From an uncultured cyanobacterium (GTDB lineage: Bacteria; Cyanobacteriota; Cyanobacteriia; Cyanobacteriales; Nostocaceae): a stretch of DNA of 64,000 nt. This document shows positions 29,689 to 39,602 of the stretch, one piece after another. The stretch lies in NCBI GenBank assembly GCA_963740315.1, contig CAVUDP010000001.1, positions 1,408,001 to 1,472,000 on the forward strand. Direction: 5' to 3'. The position numbers and the translations under genes are program-made. Below the pieces are notes generated by a model that was not told the DNA's origin, ran no database searches, and saw nothing but the letters and a program-made list of their open reading frames with translations. Position 1 is the stretch's first letter. Each line of letters begins with the position of its first letter.

Positions 29689-29987
29689 TCGTTAACCATT
29701 TAATGGTAAAAAAATAAAATATCTATTACAAAACTTATAATTAACTTAAATTTGAATCAAAATAATCCGTTTTAATTATCAAATTAATATCGTTTAGATC
29801 GAGATAAAATTTGAAAATTTAAACCTTTATTCATATCAAAAAACTTATACAACTGTCAATATATCTATAATTGCAAAACCTTGCTATATATGCATCTCAA
29901 TGATATAGCGATTTACCTATTAACACAAAATTTATCTTTTAATTAAAATTCCGAAAAAAAAGTCAAATACACCTTCAATTACAATTA

Positions 29988-30039
29988 TTTAATCTAATAT
30001 TTACAGTCAATTAACACAATCTTAAACTTAGATTCATAC
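29988..30039 (+). promoter_or_regulatory. Pho-box-like array
   Basis: TTTAATCT (29988), ATTTACAG, ATTAACAC (30010), CTTAAACT (30021) and ATTCATAC on an 11-bp register. Confidence 0.6.
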
Positions 30040-30115
30040 CCTTAAATTGGTGATGCTAATTAACTGTATTCCCACCTAATAATCTAGAAAAAATATACAT
30101 AGGAATTTAACTGCA

Positions 30116-32554
30116 ATGGCTAAGAACGTCATTATAATGATTGGCGACGGTATGGGCTGGGACATAGCTCGTGCTGCGGCAATTCAAAAACAAATTACTC
30201 AAGGTAAAACTGGTGCCACTCTTACCGATTTTTATACAGAGGGTAAGGGTACGGGTTTAAGCTTCCAGACATTAGATAAATATGCGATCGCAACAACTAG
30301 TGGAACCTACATCGATGGAGATAAAGATAATTCTGCACTAAAAGGCGATCCTCTCGATCGTGAAACTGGTGTCGCAGTTGTTCGTGAAGGGTTTGAATCA
30401 GAAAATCTGCCTGGTGAGGATAGCAATGGGGAATTCGATCCTGCCCAAGTAATCGGTTTCTTTCCCGAACTACGTGAAGGTAGTATTGCGCCCATTTTAG
30501 GTGAATTTGACCCTAACTTCGATGAAAGACCTCTATTTGCAGAAAACGAAGATGGGGAAATTGTCCAAGTCGGTGGATTCCTTAATGCCTACGACACTAC
30601 TAAAGGTCGCGATCTACCTTGGTTGAAAGATGAAGATCCCGACTACCCTAAAAATCTCTTCCCCGACTCTGCAAATACTGCAACTACTCTATATTCTGGA
30701 GTCAAAAGTTACTCCGGTGCGATCGGTGTTGATATTTATGAAGAAGATATTCAAACCCTTGGTGAAAAAGCTAGGGAACTAGGTAAATCTTTTGGTGTTG
30801 TTAGTTCCGTTCCTTTCAACCACGCTACTCCAGCTTCTGCGATCGGACACGTCAGTCAGCGCGATAAGTATACCGAAACTTCCAGAGTTGAAAACTTTGA
30901 AGTCGTTTTGGATGAAAATGGTGTACCGCTCCATGAAGAACATGGCGATGGTAGCCACGAAGGTGAACCTGTATTTGAATTAGATGCAGATGGCAACCCC
31001 ATTCCTATCGAAGACGACAACATCCTCTTCCAAATCCTTAATGAAACTCAGCCTGAATTAGTTCTGGCTGGAGGACACCCGGATGGACGTGGTGACGAGC
31101 GTTACATGGATTTGGAAACTTTAGAAAAACTTCGTAATGGTGAAACTGTTTACACCTTCACCGAACGTGGTGAGAATGCTGCGGAGACTTTAGCAGAAGT
31201 TGCGTCAGAAATTGATGTTGAAGAAGGGGAGAAATTATTTGGTCTTTACGGTTCTAGAGGGCAAGGTGGAAACCTTCCTTGGAGTACAGCCGATGGTGAC
31301 TATAGCAACGCTGGTTTAAACAGTCGTTTGGATGCGGTACGTCCTTTAGAAGAAGGAGAAACCGAAGAACAATTTATTGCTTCCGAGCGCGATGCGAATC
31401 CAACTTTAGCTCAATTGACTAGTGCAGCTTTAGATGTTCTCGGAGACGACGAAGATGGTTTCTGGGTATCTATCGAAGGTGGTGATATTGACTGGGCTGC
31501 TCACGACAACAATCTAGACAATATGATTGGTGCTACTTTGAATTTTGCCGATTCAGTAGAAGTTGTTCAGGATTGGATTGCCGAAAATGGTGGTTACGAA
31601 GAAAATTTACTTATAGTCACAGCCGATCACGATCATTATTTCACTCTTAACGAAGACTTCCCCGAACTGCTTCGCGAGTATGGTGCAGAAGCTCTCACCA
31701 CCTCAGTTGACGAAAATGGTAACGTTTTAGCTACTGAAGTTGATAACAATGGTGTAGCTTTAGAAGAACCACAAAAAGTTGATAACCTCGATCCAGATGC
31801 ATCCGGACATTATTGGGGTAGCGATCCAGATGTTAAAGTAGGTTGGTCGCACCATACTACAATTCCCGTTCCCGTGTATTATCAAGGTGCGGGCAGCGAA
31901 TTTCTGGATAACTCTGTTGGTGAAGGTTTCGAGCAGTATGGCTTTGAAGTACCAGGAGTTGAAGGTTTAATCGATCAGGTTCACATCGCACAAGCTCAAT
32001 TCGCGGCTTTTGAAAATAGCACTACATCAAATCAAAATCCTGATAGTAATGCACCTGCTTTGGCTTCCGGAACCCCTGATAATGATATCTTAATTTCAGG
32101 AATTGACTTCAAAGGAACTGGTGATACTATTTTTGCTGGTGCTGGAGACGATGAAATTGATTTAGCTTTTGGTGGTGGAAGCAAAAACCGCGTTGATGCT
32201 GGAAGCGGTAACGACACAATTTATTTAAGCAACCAAAACCGCATACTTGGTGGTGCAGGTGACGATAAATTCTTTGCTACTGGTGGTGGTAATATCATCT
32301 CTGGTGGTGCAGGTGCAGATCAATTCTGGATTGTCAGCGGAGAAATTGCTCAAGCTGCAAATACCATCGTTGATTTTGAAATTGGTAGCGATGTAATTGG
32401 TATTTTGGGTAGTGCTGGTTTGGGAATTGATGCGAGTACTTTGGAATTAACCGAAATGGATGGTAATACAAAAGTTGCTTTTGGTGGAAATACTTTAGCA
32501 ATGATTAACGGTGTTACTGGTTTGGATGTTAGCGAGAGTGTTGTGTTTGCTTGA
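30116..32554 (+). CDS. phoA: PhoA-family alkaline phosphatase + RTX tail
   Basis: MIGDGMG, PDSANTAT (Ser nucleophile), HATP, EGGDIDWAAH, TADHDH; GGxGxD tail; no signal peptide. Confidence 0.88.
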   Translation: MAKNVIIMIGDGMGWDIARAAAIQKQITQGKTGATLTDFYTEGKGTGLSFQTLDKYAIATTSGTYIDGDKDNSALKGDPLDRETGVAVVREGFESENLPGEDSNGEFDPAQVIGFFPELREGSIAPILGEFDPNFDERPLFAENEDGEIVQVGGFLNAYDTTKGRDLPWLKDEDPDYPKNLFPDSANTATTLYSGVKSYSGAIGVDIYEEDIQTLGEKARELGKSFGVVSSVPFNHATPASAIGHVSQRDKYTETSRVENFEVVLDENGVPLHEEHGDGSHEGEPVFELDADGNPIPIEDDNILFQILNETQPELVLAGGHPDGRGDERYMDLETLEKLRNGETVYTFTERGENAAETLAEVASEIDVEEGEKLFGLYGSRGQGGNLPWSTADGDYSNAGLNSRLDAVRPLEEGETEEQFIASERDANPTLAQLTSAALDVLGDDEDGFWVSIEGGDIDWAAHDNNLDNMIGATLNFADSVEVVQDWIAENGGYEENLLIVTADHDHYFTLNEDFPELLREYGAEALTTSVDENGNVLATEVDNNGVALEEPQKVDNLDPDASGHYWGSDPDVKVGWSHHTTIPVPVYYQGAGSEFLDNSVGEGFEQYGFEVPGVEGLIDQVHIAQAQFAAFENSTTSNQNPDSNAPALASGTPDNDILISGIDFKGTGDTIFAGAGDDEIDLAFGGGSKNRVDAGSGNDTIYLSNQNRILGGAGDDKFFATGGGNIISGGAGADQFWIVSGEIAQAANTIVDFEIGSDVIGILGSAGLGIDASTLELTEMDGNTKVAFGGNTLAMINGVTGLDVSESVVFA

Positions 32555-32621
32555 TAGTTGATTGATGGTTGCGTTGTCTTCTGAATCCTGGAGACGTAGC
32601 AGTGCGGAGTTCTCTACAAAA

Positions 32622-32732
32622 CTCGTTCCCAGTCTCCAGACTGGGAATGCATTTCTAGAGGCTCTGCCTTATGTCAAGTATCTAGAGGCAGAGCCTCTGT
32701 TTATGGGTTCCTAGTCTCCGGCTAGGAACCAG
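32622..32732. repeat. Triple-hairpin REP-like element
   Basis: ttcccagtct..agactgggaa; agaggctctgcct...aggcagagcctct; gttcctag..ctaggaac. Confidence 0.7.
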
Positions 32733-32747
32733 TAGTAATTTTTAATT

Positions 32748-32978
32748 TCACAAATCTTCTGGGTTAACTCCCAACTCTCGCAATGCGGCTAAACGTTCGG
32801 CTTTCTCAACAGGTGTTGGTATCCAATTTCCTTGAACATCATAATAAAAATCTCTTCTTTGGGATAATTTGCTGGTTGAAAGGTTTCTCGTAACAGTTGC
32901 GGTTGAAAAATATGAAATTCGTCAGGCAAACCAGATTCCCCCAGATACTCGCGCCGGTAAATCGTACATCGTGGGGAG
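32748..32978 (-). pseudogene. Internally deleted Uma2-family endonuclease-like gene
   Basis: N-terminal LPTMYDLP/..ESGLPDEFHIFQPQLLRETFQP is joined, with frameshifts, to C-terminal YYDVQGNWIPTPVEKAERLAALRELGVNPEDL*. Confidence 0.75.
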
Positions 32979-32980
32979 CA

Positions 32981-33037
32981 GTTCGTAGTAAGGGCATTGG
33001 TTCCCTAAATCCGAGAGCTAAAGCTCTTACTACAAAC
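32981..33037. repeat. GTTCGTAGT...ACTACAAAC short dispersed palindromic repeat
   Basis: An inverted near-copy lies at 49361-49420. Confidence 0.65.
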
Positions 33038-33039
33038 TT

Positions 33040-34383
33040 TCAAAATTCTTTTTGTTTCAACCAATTTTTGATTTCTTCTACTAACCAATTACTCTCGGCT
33101 CTGCTTATTCCTTTACCAAATACATATTCTTTTCGCTTTGTATTGATAGAGATAAACCATTTATTTCTTGCGCCATCTGCATCATACATATCAGATTGAG
33201 TTACATCTTCAATATCTTCTATAAAACCTCGACTAAGTATCTTTTTGGAAAAATAATTTTTATAAATATAAATTTCAAAAACATTTCTATGAAAATGAAG
33301 ATAAATCGGAGCGTAAAAAATGTAATCTATTAACACAAAAAGTCCTGTCAATATTGCGATTGCAAAAAATATTTCGGAAATAGAAGTTAAAATAGCTCCA
33401 CCTATAAATAAAGATGTTATTATTATTGAAAATTTCCTATTAGTCTCCCAAACTGTATATTTGACTGTTAATTCCTCCGAGTTTTTTTTAATATTAATAT
33501 CCCTTTGATATGGTACTAAATCTTTTGAATAATGTGATTCTTGCTCAAGCTTAATAGAACTATTATTATTAACTATCCCCAATCGCAATGCTTCCAAAGC
33601 TGTTTTAGCAGTCTCGAATCGTTTCTTTATATCGGGTTCAATAGCTTTTTCCAACCATGTAATAAGATCGGGACTTAAGTTTACTCTATCGGCAAATTTA
33701 ATTTTAAAATCTTCTTGTGGTAAATCGGCAGGGGGTATTCCTGTAAGTAAATGAATTAAAGTAGTTCCTAAAGCATAAATATCTGAAGCTGCAACTGCTC
33801 TACCACCAAACTGTTCTATTGGTGTATAACCGTAAGTTCCGACAACGGTAAAGGTGCTTCCTTCAACTGCTGTTTTATGCTGTACCGCTCCAAAATCAAT
33901 TAAGTATATATGTGCATCTTTACCCCGAATCAAATTACTTGGTTTAATATCACGATGTAAAACTGGTGGATTTAATTCATGTAAATAAATTAAAATATTT
34001 AGAATATTTGTTGCAATTTCTCTAATTTGTGATTCGGTGAATCGATTCTCTTGTGAAATTAAATCCTTGAGAGAGCCTCCAGGAATATATTCTTGAACTA
34101 TGACAAATCCTTTAATTGGTTCATTTAGTTGGAAGTAATCGAGATATTTGGGAATGTAAGGATGGTTAAGTTGTTTTAATATTTTGGCTTCTCTTTCAAA
34201 TAATTTGAACTCTTCCCATTGAGTAGCTTCCCCAGTTAACAACACTTTTACAACAACTAAATCTGTCGGCTTAATTTTTATATCCCGTGCTAACCAAACT
34301 TGATGGGCAATATTATGTCCGACTTTTTCGGAGATTTGATAGCGCTCTTGTAGAATTTGTCCGGTATTTAACATTATTATCAC
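33040..34383 (-). CDS. Hanks-type Ser/Thr protein kinase with C-terminal TM segments
   Basis: VVVK, HRDIKPSN, DFG, GTYGYTPIEQ and SDIYALG motifs. Confidence 0.92.
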   Translation of the reverse strand: MIIMLNTGQILQERYQISEKVGHNIAHQVWLARDIKIKPTDLVVVKVLLTGEATQWEEFKLFEREAKILKQLNHPYIPKYLDYFQLNEPIKGFVIVQEYIPGGSLKDLISQENRFTESQIREIATNILNILIYLHELNPPVLHRDIKPSNLIRGKDAHIYLIDFGAVQHKTAVEGSTFTVVGTYGYTPIEQFGGRAVAASDIYALGTTLIHLLTGIPPADLPQEDFKIKFADRVNLSPDLITWLEKAIEPDIKKRFETAKTALEALRLGIVNNNSSIKLEQESHYSKDLVPYQRDINIKKNSEELTVKYTVWETNRKFSIIITSLFIGGAILTSISEIFFAIAILTGLFVLIDYIFYAPIYLHFHRNVFEIYIYKNYFSKKILSRGFIEDIEDVTQSDMYDADGARNKWFISINTKRKEYVFGKGISRAESNWLVEEIKNWLKQKEF

Positions 34384-34491
34384 CTGCTTGAACTTTATTT
34401 CTACTCATATATTTCCCAATTGAGAGAATTAAGTAACAGATTATGGGGACATTTTTACAAGATGCCAAAATTACAGTCTATAAAACAACTC

Positions 34492-34696
34492 TTTTTGCTC
34501 TCATATTTGATGTTGGGTTACGACGCATTTCTACAATTAAGGTTAAGCATAAAAATTATTTGTGCGTTTAACTCAACCTACAACCTATAGATTTTGAACT
34601 TCTTTTTTTGCTCTCATATTTGATGTTGGGTTACGACGCATTTTTACAATTAAGGTTAAGCATAAAAATTATTTGTGCGTCTAACCCAACCTACAA
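34492..34696. repeat. Two tandem ~113-bp REP-doublet units
   Basis: tgttgggttacgacgca...tgcgtctaacccaacctaca repeated twice. Confidence 0.8.
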
Positions 34697-34851
34697 GCTG
34701 TCTTCGTAACACCTCATTCGTTATTTTAAGCTAAAGAAAATTTAGATATTTAATATAGTAATTAGATTTAAATCAAAGTATTTTTAAGATTGTTACTTCT
34801 AGATTAAAAGTATCAAAATCTACCAAATTCAAAACAAACTAATTCATTTTT

Positions 34852-34896
34852 TTTAAACTTAATTTAATATTGTCTTAACAAATAAATGGAACAATA
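34852..34896 (+). promoter_or_regulatory. Pho box plus extended -10-like element
   Basis: TTTAAACT-taa-TTTAATAT-tgt-CTTAACAA, then ataaaTGgAACAAT. Confidence 0.65.
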
Positions 34897-35006
34897 ATGT
34901 TTCATGCTCCTCAGTATTTTTTCGCATACAAATTTTCTGAAGACCTGGCGATCGCTTTTACTCTGTTTTCATTACCTACAAATACTTAAATAGGGAATTA
35001 TCTTTA

Positions 35007-37343
35007 ATGGCTAAGAATACAATTATCATGATCGGCGACGGCATGGGCTGGGAAATGGCTCGTGCTACTGCCATATACAAACAAATCCAAAGTGGTGCTA
35101 CTGGTCAAACTCTCAGCGACTTTTACACCGAGGGTAAGGGAAGTGGACTCAGCCTCCAAAATTTGGAAAATTACGGTCTAGTAACTACCTACGGAACCAC
35201 CATCGCCGATGAAGATGGTATTTACGACACTGGTAACTCTGCTCTTGAAGGTAGCCAGAGCGATCGCGTTACCGGAGAAGGTGAAATTCGCGACGGTTTT
35301 GAATTCGATCCCAGCTTTAACCCAGGAATTAACAAAGATGGTGGTGCAAATGCAGCCACTGTCAATGGTAATTTAGTTGGTTACGACCCAGTTAGAGGTG
35401 GAGAAAAGCCCTGGGATGACGCTTACTATGGTGGTGAAGCTAGCGAAGGTTTTGATAAGGAATATATCAAATACAGCTATCCCGACTCCGCGAATACTGC
35501 TACTACTTTATACACCGGCACCAAAACCTATAACGGTGCTGTTGGAGTTGATATTTTTGAGCAACCTTTAGAAAGTCTCTTTACCAAGGCAGCAATTCAA
35601 GGAAAAGCAACGGGTCTAATTTCTTCGGTTCCCATCGACCATGCAACCCCTGGTGCGGCTGCGGCTCAAGTTAATACTCGCAGTAAATTAGACGAGTTTG
35701 GAGTCATCGACACCATTCTCCAGCAAGAACTCGGTGTATTTAAACCTACAGTTCTCTTGGGTGGCGGTCATCCCTTATCTAACGTTGACGATCCGTTACC
35801 TGAAGGTGTAGAACCTCCTAATGGTTCTTTAGAACCCACGGATTTTAGATATGTATCTGAAGGTACTTACAACGAACTTAGAGAAAATCCTACAGATAAT
35901 ATCTACGGCTATACTTTCTTAGAGCGCGGAGTTGATGCAGCCCAAGTTTTAGCTGATACAGCTGCGGGAATCGATCCAGAAACGGGACGACTCTTAGGTA
36001 TTTACGGTGCCAGAGGTCAAGAAGGAAATCTACCTACCGCTTCTGCTGATGGTGATTATGGAACAACAGGTTTTGCTCAATTCACTTTGGGTTATAACGT
36101 ATCAGCATCAGAAAATTCACCAGCATTACCATTAGGAGTCGGTGATACAACAAGACCTTTGCTACCTGGCGAAACAGACGAGCAGTTTATTGCCAGAGAA
36201 CGTAACGAAAACCCCACCCTCGACCAGTTGACAAAAGCATCTTTGGATGTATTAGAAGATGACGAAGACGGCTTCGTTATGCTAGTAGAAGGTGGTGACA
36301 TTGACTGGGCTGCTCATGATAACAACTTGGACAACCTAATCGGTAATACACTGGAATTCGATAAATCAGTGCAAACCGTTTTGGATTGGATTGAAGCCAA
36401 TGGTGGGTTTGAAGAAAACCAGTTGGTAATCACTGCCGATCACGACCATTACTTAACTTTAAATGAGAACTTCCCCGAACTGTTACGGGATGTCGGACCA
36501 AACGCTCTTACTTATGGTGTAAACGCTCAAGATACGGATGATGCATTAGACGGAGCAGCTTCACCTACAGATTACGATGCTTTAGCACCCGAAGCAGCCG
36601 GTCACTTCTGGGGTTCTGAGTCCGATGTCAAGCATGGTTGGACTAACCACAGCAACCGTCCCGTACCCGTTTATTACGATGGTCCCGAATCTCAAGCTAT
36701 TACAGATTCAGTTGGCGAAGGATTTGAACTTTACGGTGAAGAAATTCCTGGAATTGATGGTTTAACAGACCAAGTTCACATTGCCGAAGCAATCAGCGCA
36801 CCATTAGAACTTGGAAATGAATTTGGAGAAGAAATCGTCAATGTAGAATTTGATGATAACAGCGTAGAACTAATTAACCTCAGAGGTTTCGGTGACGTTA
36901 CCGTCAGAGCTAGTTACGAAATCAGTAGAGAAGCAGATTTCGATAACGAAGTATACTTCTACAAAGTTAACAGCGCTAACGGTTTGATTGGTCGTGAATT
37001 ACCTAATGGTGATAACTACCTCCAAGCTGCTATAAATAACGTCATCACTCCTGCCTTCTCCATCGGTGATGACGAAAGCGAAAGTGGAGTTGTCAACCTT
37101 GAAGCTGGTTCCATTATCGGTGCAATGATTATTGCTAATGGTACCTTAGCAGAACTGCAAGATGCAGATTCCAGCAACGATCCAATGGTTTACTTCTCAT
37201 TCCCTGGTGCAACTGGTGGTGATGGTTTCGACCACATTAAGTTAGTTGATAACAAGAAATTCGGTTTTGAAGATTTACCCAACGGTGGTGACATGGACTT
37301 CAACGACATCGAAATCGAGTTTACTAATTTTGAAGTTGCATAA
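35007..37343 (+). CDS. phoA: PhoA-family alkaline phosphatase + DUF4114-like tail
   Basis: Same catalytic motifs as 30116-32554; tail FEDLPNGGDMDFND. Confidence 0.88.
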   Translation: MAKNTIIMIGDGMGWEMARATAIYKQIQSGATGQTLSDFYTEGKGSGLSLQNLENYGLVTTYGTTIADEDGIYDTGNSALEGSQSDRVTGEGEIRDGFEFDPSFNPGINKDGGANAATVNGNLVGYDPVRGGEKPWDDAYYGGEASEGFDKEYIKYSYPDSANTATTLYTGTKTYNGAVGVDIFEQPLESLFTKAAIQGKATGLISSVPIDHATPGAAAAQVNTRSKLDEFGVIDTILQQELGVFKPTVLLGGGHPLSNVDDPLPEGVEPPNGSLEPTDFRYVSEGTYNELRENPTDNIYGYTFLERGVDAAQVLADTAAGIDPETGRLLGIYGARGQEGNLPTASADGDYGTTGFAQFTLGYNVSASENSPALPLGVGDTTRPLLPGETDEQFIARERNENPTLDQLTKASLDVLEDDEDGFVMLVEGGDIDWAAHDNNLDNLIGNTLEFDKSVQTVLDWIEANGGFEENQLVITADHDHYLTLNENFPELLRDVGPNALTYGVNAQDTDDALDGAASPTDYDALAPEAAGHFWGSESDVKHGWTNHSNRPVPVYYDGPESQAITDSVGEGFELYGEEIPGIDGLTDQVHIAEAISAPLELGNEFGEEIVNVEFDDNSVELINLRGFGDVTVRASYEISREADFDNEVYFYKVNSANGLIGRELPNGDNYLQAAINNVITPAFSIGDDESESGVVNLEAGSIIGAMIIANGTLAELQDADSSNDPMVYFSFPGATGGDGFDHIKLVDNKKFGFEDLPNGGDMDFNDIEIEFTNFEVA

Positions 37344-37390
37344 TTGAATTTTCAAGTTTTTCCCCAGTTAAATTAGGCTAGAGTTTAATC

Positions 37391-37421
37391 AACCCGGTTT
37401 CTTCAAGGAGCCGGGTTTTTT
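37391..37421 (+). terminator. Rho-independent terminator
   Basis: aacccggtttc-ttcaag-gagccgggtt followed by tttt, just after the stop codon. Confidence 0.65.
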
Positions 37422-37440
37422 CGTTTATATTGTTTTTTTG

Positions 37441-37803
37441 TTTATAAAACGCGAAATAAAAGAATTTTGTAGGGTGCCCTGCGGCACGCAATTGTAACCG
37501 GGTAAACAGATATTTTAAAGGGAGCCGTAACGCACCATCTGATAATAAAACCAAATCGTAAATGTTGGCTTACGACGCATTTATAGATTTTTGATCGCCA
37601 TTGATATTGTTTTTTTTGGTTTATAAAAAGTGAAATAAAATAATCTTGTAGGGTGCCCTGCGGCACAAAATCGCAACCGAGTAAACAGATATCTTAAAGG
37701 AAGCCGTAACGCACCATCTGATAATAAAACCAAATCGTAAATGTTGGGTTACTACATTTCTAATAATCATCAACATTGTTTTTGCGTCTAACCCAACCTA
37801 CAA
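37441..37803. repeat. BIME-like mosaic of GTAG-headed REPs, two ~179-bp units
   Basis: gtagggtgccctgcggcac...gtaacgcaccatc...tgttgg(c/g)ttac units starting at ~37441 and ~37620. Confidence 0.75.
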
Positions 37804-37966
37804 ACTATTCCATCATTTTAAAATGTTACAATAAATCTTCAAAAAATATTGATACGTATTATTGATTACTGAATTATTAACTTGATTAAGCTTAATTAAA
37901 GACTTTGCCCCTACTATTCCGGCTCATTTTTTCATAGGTAGAAATACACAAATATCCATCGTCAAT

Positions 37967-39136
37967 ATGATCGATCAAAATCATCAGAACATCACAAAAA
38001 CCTGCTTCTCAGAAGAATTAAGCTCTCAAACTACTTTCAAAACTTCATTCACCAGCTTTATTACATTCGGTGATAGTCTTGCAGATGTTGGTAACTTATA
38101 TATTACTAGCCGTTCAACTAATCCACTATCTCCACCTTATGCTGACGGACGTTTTTCTAACGGTGAATTAGTACCAGAAATAATTGCCAAAGAATTAGGT
38201 TTATCAGCTTCTACTCCTTCCCTAGCTGGTGGAGATAACTATGCATTCGCAACAGCAGAAACTGGCTCTGGTTTTTCCGATGAAGGTTTACCTAATGTTG
38301 GCGAACAAATTGAAGCATACTTAGGTATAGATACACCTGCCGAAGATGATGTTTTCTTTATCAGTGCGGGTTCAAATAATTTCTTCCCCGATATAGATGA
38401 GGAAATAACGCCGGATAATGTAGGTACTCCTGCAAGCGTATTATCCGGATTGACACAAAACATTACCACCTTAGCGAATGCTGGTGCAGAAAACTTTATT
38501 ATTCCTAATATTGCCATGTTAGGTTCGCTTCCCTATGCTAAAAATGGGGGAATTAGCGACGCTTTGAATACTGCATCAACTGAATTTAATATCTTGCTCG
38601 ATACCAAATTAGACAATCTTGAAGATCAACTGGGAATAAATATTTTTGAGTTAGACGTTGCTAGTGAAATTGCTCAAATTCGAGCAAACCCAGAGGCTTT
38701 CGGATTAACCAACGTTGAGGAGCCTGCTTTAAATGAAGATAACGAAATTGTCGTACCCAATCCCAATGAGTATTTTTGGTGGGACGATTTTCATGCGACA
38801 ACTGCTGTTTCAAATATAGTTGCTCAAGCTGTAATTGACGAGATTCCTAAAGATACAGTTCGCACAAATACTAATACTTTTTCTTTAATTTCATATCAAG
38901 AGAATAGTAGCGAATCAGTATTTAGCTTCAGTGTTGCAAACGAATACTTAAACACCATCGACATAGATTCAGTAAATAAAGCCAATGCCAATTTGGAAAG
39001 TGAATTTTCTCAATCTTTATTAGTAAGCAAATTTGAGAGCCTAGAAGAAGTTTATTTATCTTACATCATTGCTCCCACAGCAAAAAATGACTTCTATCAA
39101 ATAGAATTCGGGGATAGTATATTCAAAGATGGATAG
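37967..39136 (+). CDS. SGNH/GDSL lipase-esterase with eroded, truncated DUF4114-like tail
   Basis: FGDSLADVGN, GRFSNG, AGSNN and FWWDDFH motifs. The C-terminus FESLEEVYLSYIIAPTAKNDFYQIEFGDSIFK aligns with the tail but lacks FEDL..GGD.DFND. Confidence 0.85.
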   Translation: MIDQNHQNITKTCFSEELSSQTTFKTSFTSFITFGDSLADVGNLYITSRSTNPLSPPYADGRFSNGELVPEIIAKELGLSASTPSLAGGDNYAFATAETGSGFSDEGLPNVGEQIEAYLGIDTPAEDDVFFISAGSNNFFPDIDEEITPDNVGTPASVLSGLTQNITTLANAGAENFIIPNIAMLGSLPYAKNGGISDALNTASTEFNILLDTKLDNLEDQLGINIFELDVASEIAQIRANPEAFGLTNVEEPALNEDNEIVVPNPNEYFWWDDFHATTAVSNIVAQAVIDEIPKDTVRTNTNTFSLISYQENSSESVFSFSVANEYLNTIDIDSVNKANANLESEFSQSLLVSKFESLEEVYLSYIIAPTAKNDFYQIEFGDSIFKDG

Positions 39137-39141
39137 CAAGT

Positions 39142-39412
39142 TGTAGGGTGCCATGTTATATTCAATAAAAACCAAATAGTAAATGTTGGGTTACGACGCA
39201 TTTTTACATATTCAATAACCATCAATATTTTTTTGCGTCTAACCCAACCTACTACTTAATTTAATAAAACACTCTTGTAGGGTGTGTTACGGCACTTTAA
39301 AGTACCGCACCATCTTATATTCAATAAAAACCAAATAGTAAATGTTGGGTTACGACGCATTTTTACATATTCAATAACCATCAATATTTTTTTGCGTCTA
39401 ACCCAACCTACA
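39142..39412. repeat. BIME-like REP mosaic, two ~158-bp units
   Basis: gtagggtg...tgttgggttacgacgca...tgcgtctaacccaacctac repeated twice. Confidence 0.75.
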
Positions 39413-39458
39413 TATTTATAATAAAAATTATCATTAAATTTAGTTATATCAATATTTA

Positions 39459-39502
39459 TTTAACCTAAATATATCCTTTCCTTAACCTCTAAATGAAACA
39501 TT
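39459..39502 (+). promoter_or_regulatory. Pho box plus extended -10-like element
   Basis: TTTAACCT-aaa-TATATCCT-ttc-CTTAACCT, then ctaaaTGaAACATT. Best consensus match in the window. Confidence 0.75.
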
Positions 39503-39602
39503 GAAAGTGAATATTTTTACAGAATCAAAGGTGATCGTATCTATTTTCTGTAAAAAAATATTCATGTCACTACTTAGGTTATTTAAAGGATAAATATTAA
39601 CA

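Noticed and set aside
32897..33199. 100-aa plus-strand ORF
   Set aside because: Antisense to the kinase 3' end and the Uma2 relic.
34492..39412. Repeat-spacer-like arrays as CRISPR
   Set aside because: Only two units each, the spacers are duplicated along with the repeats, the palindromes are REP-like, and there are no cas genes.
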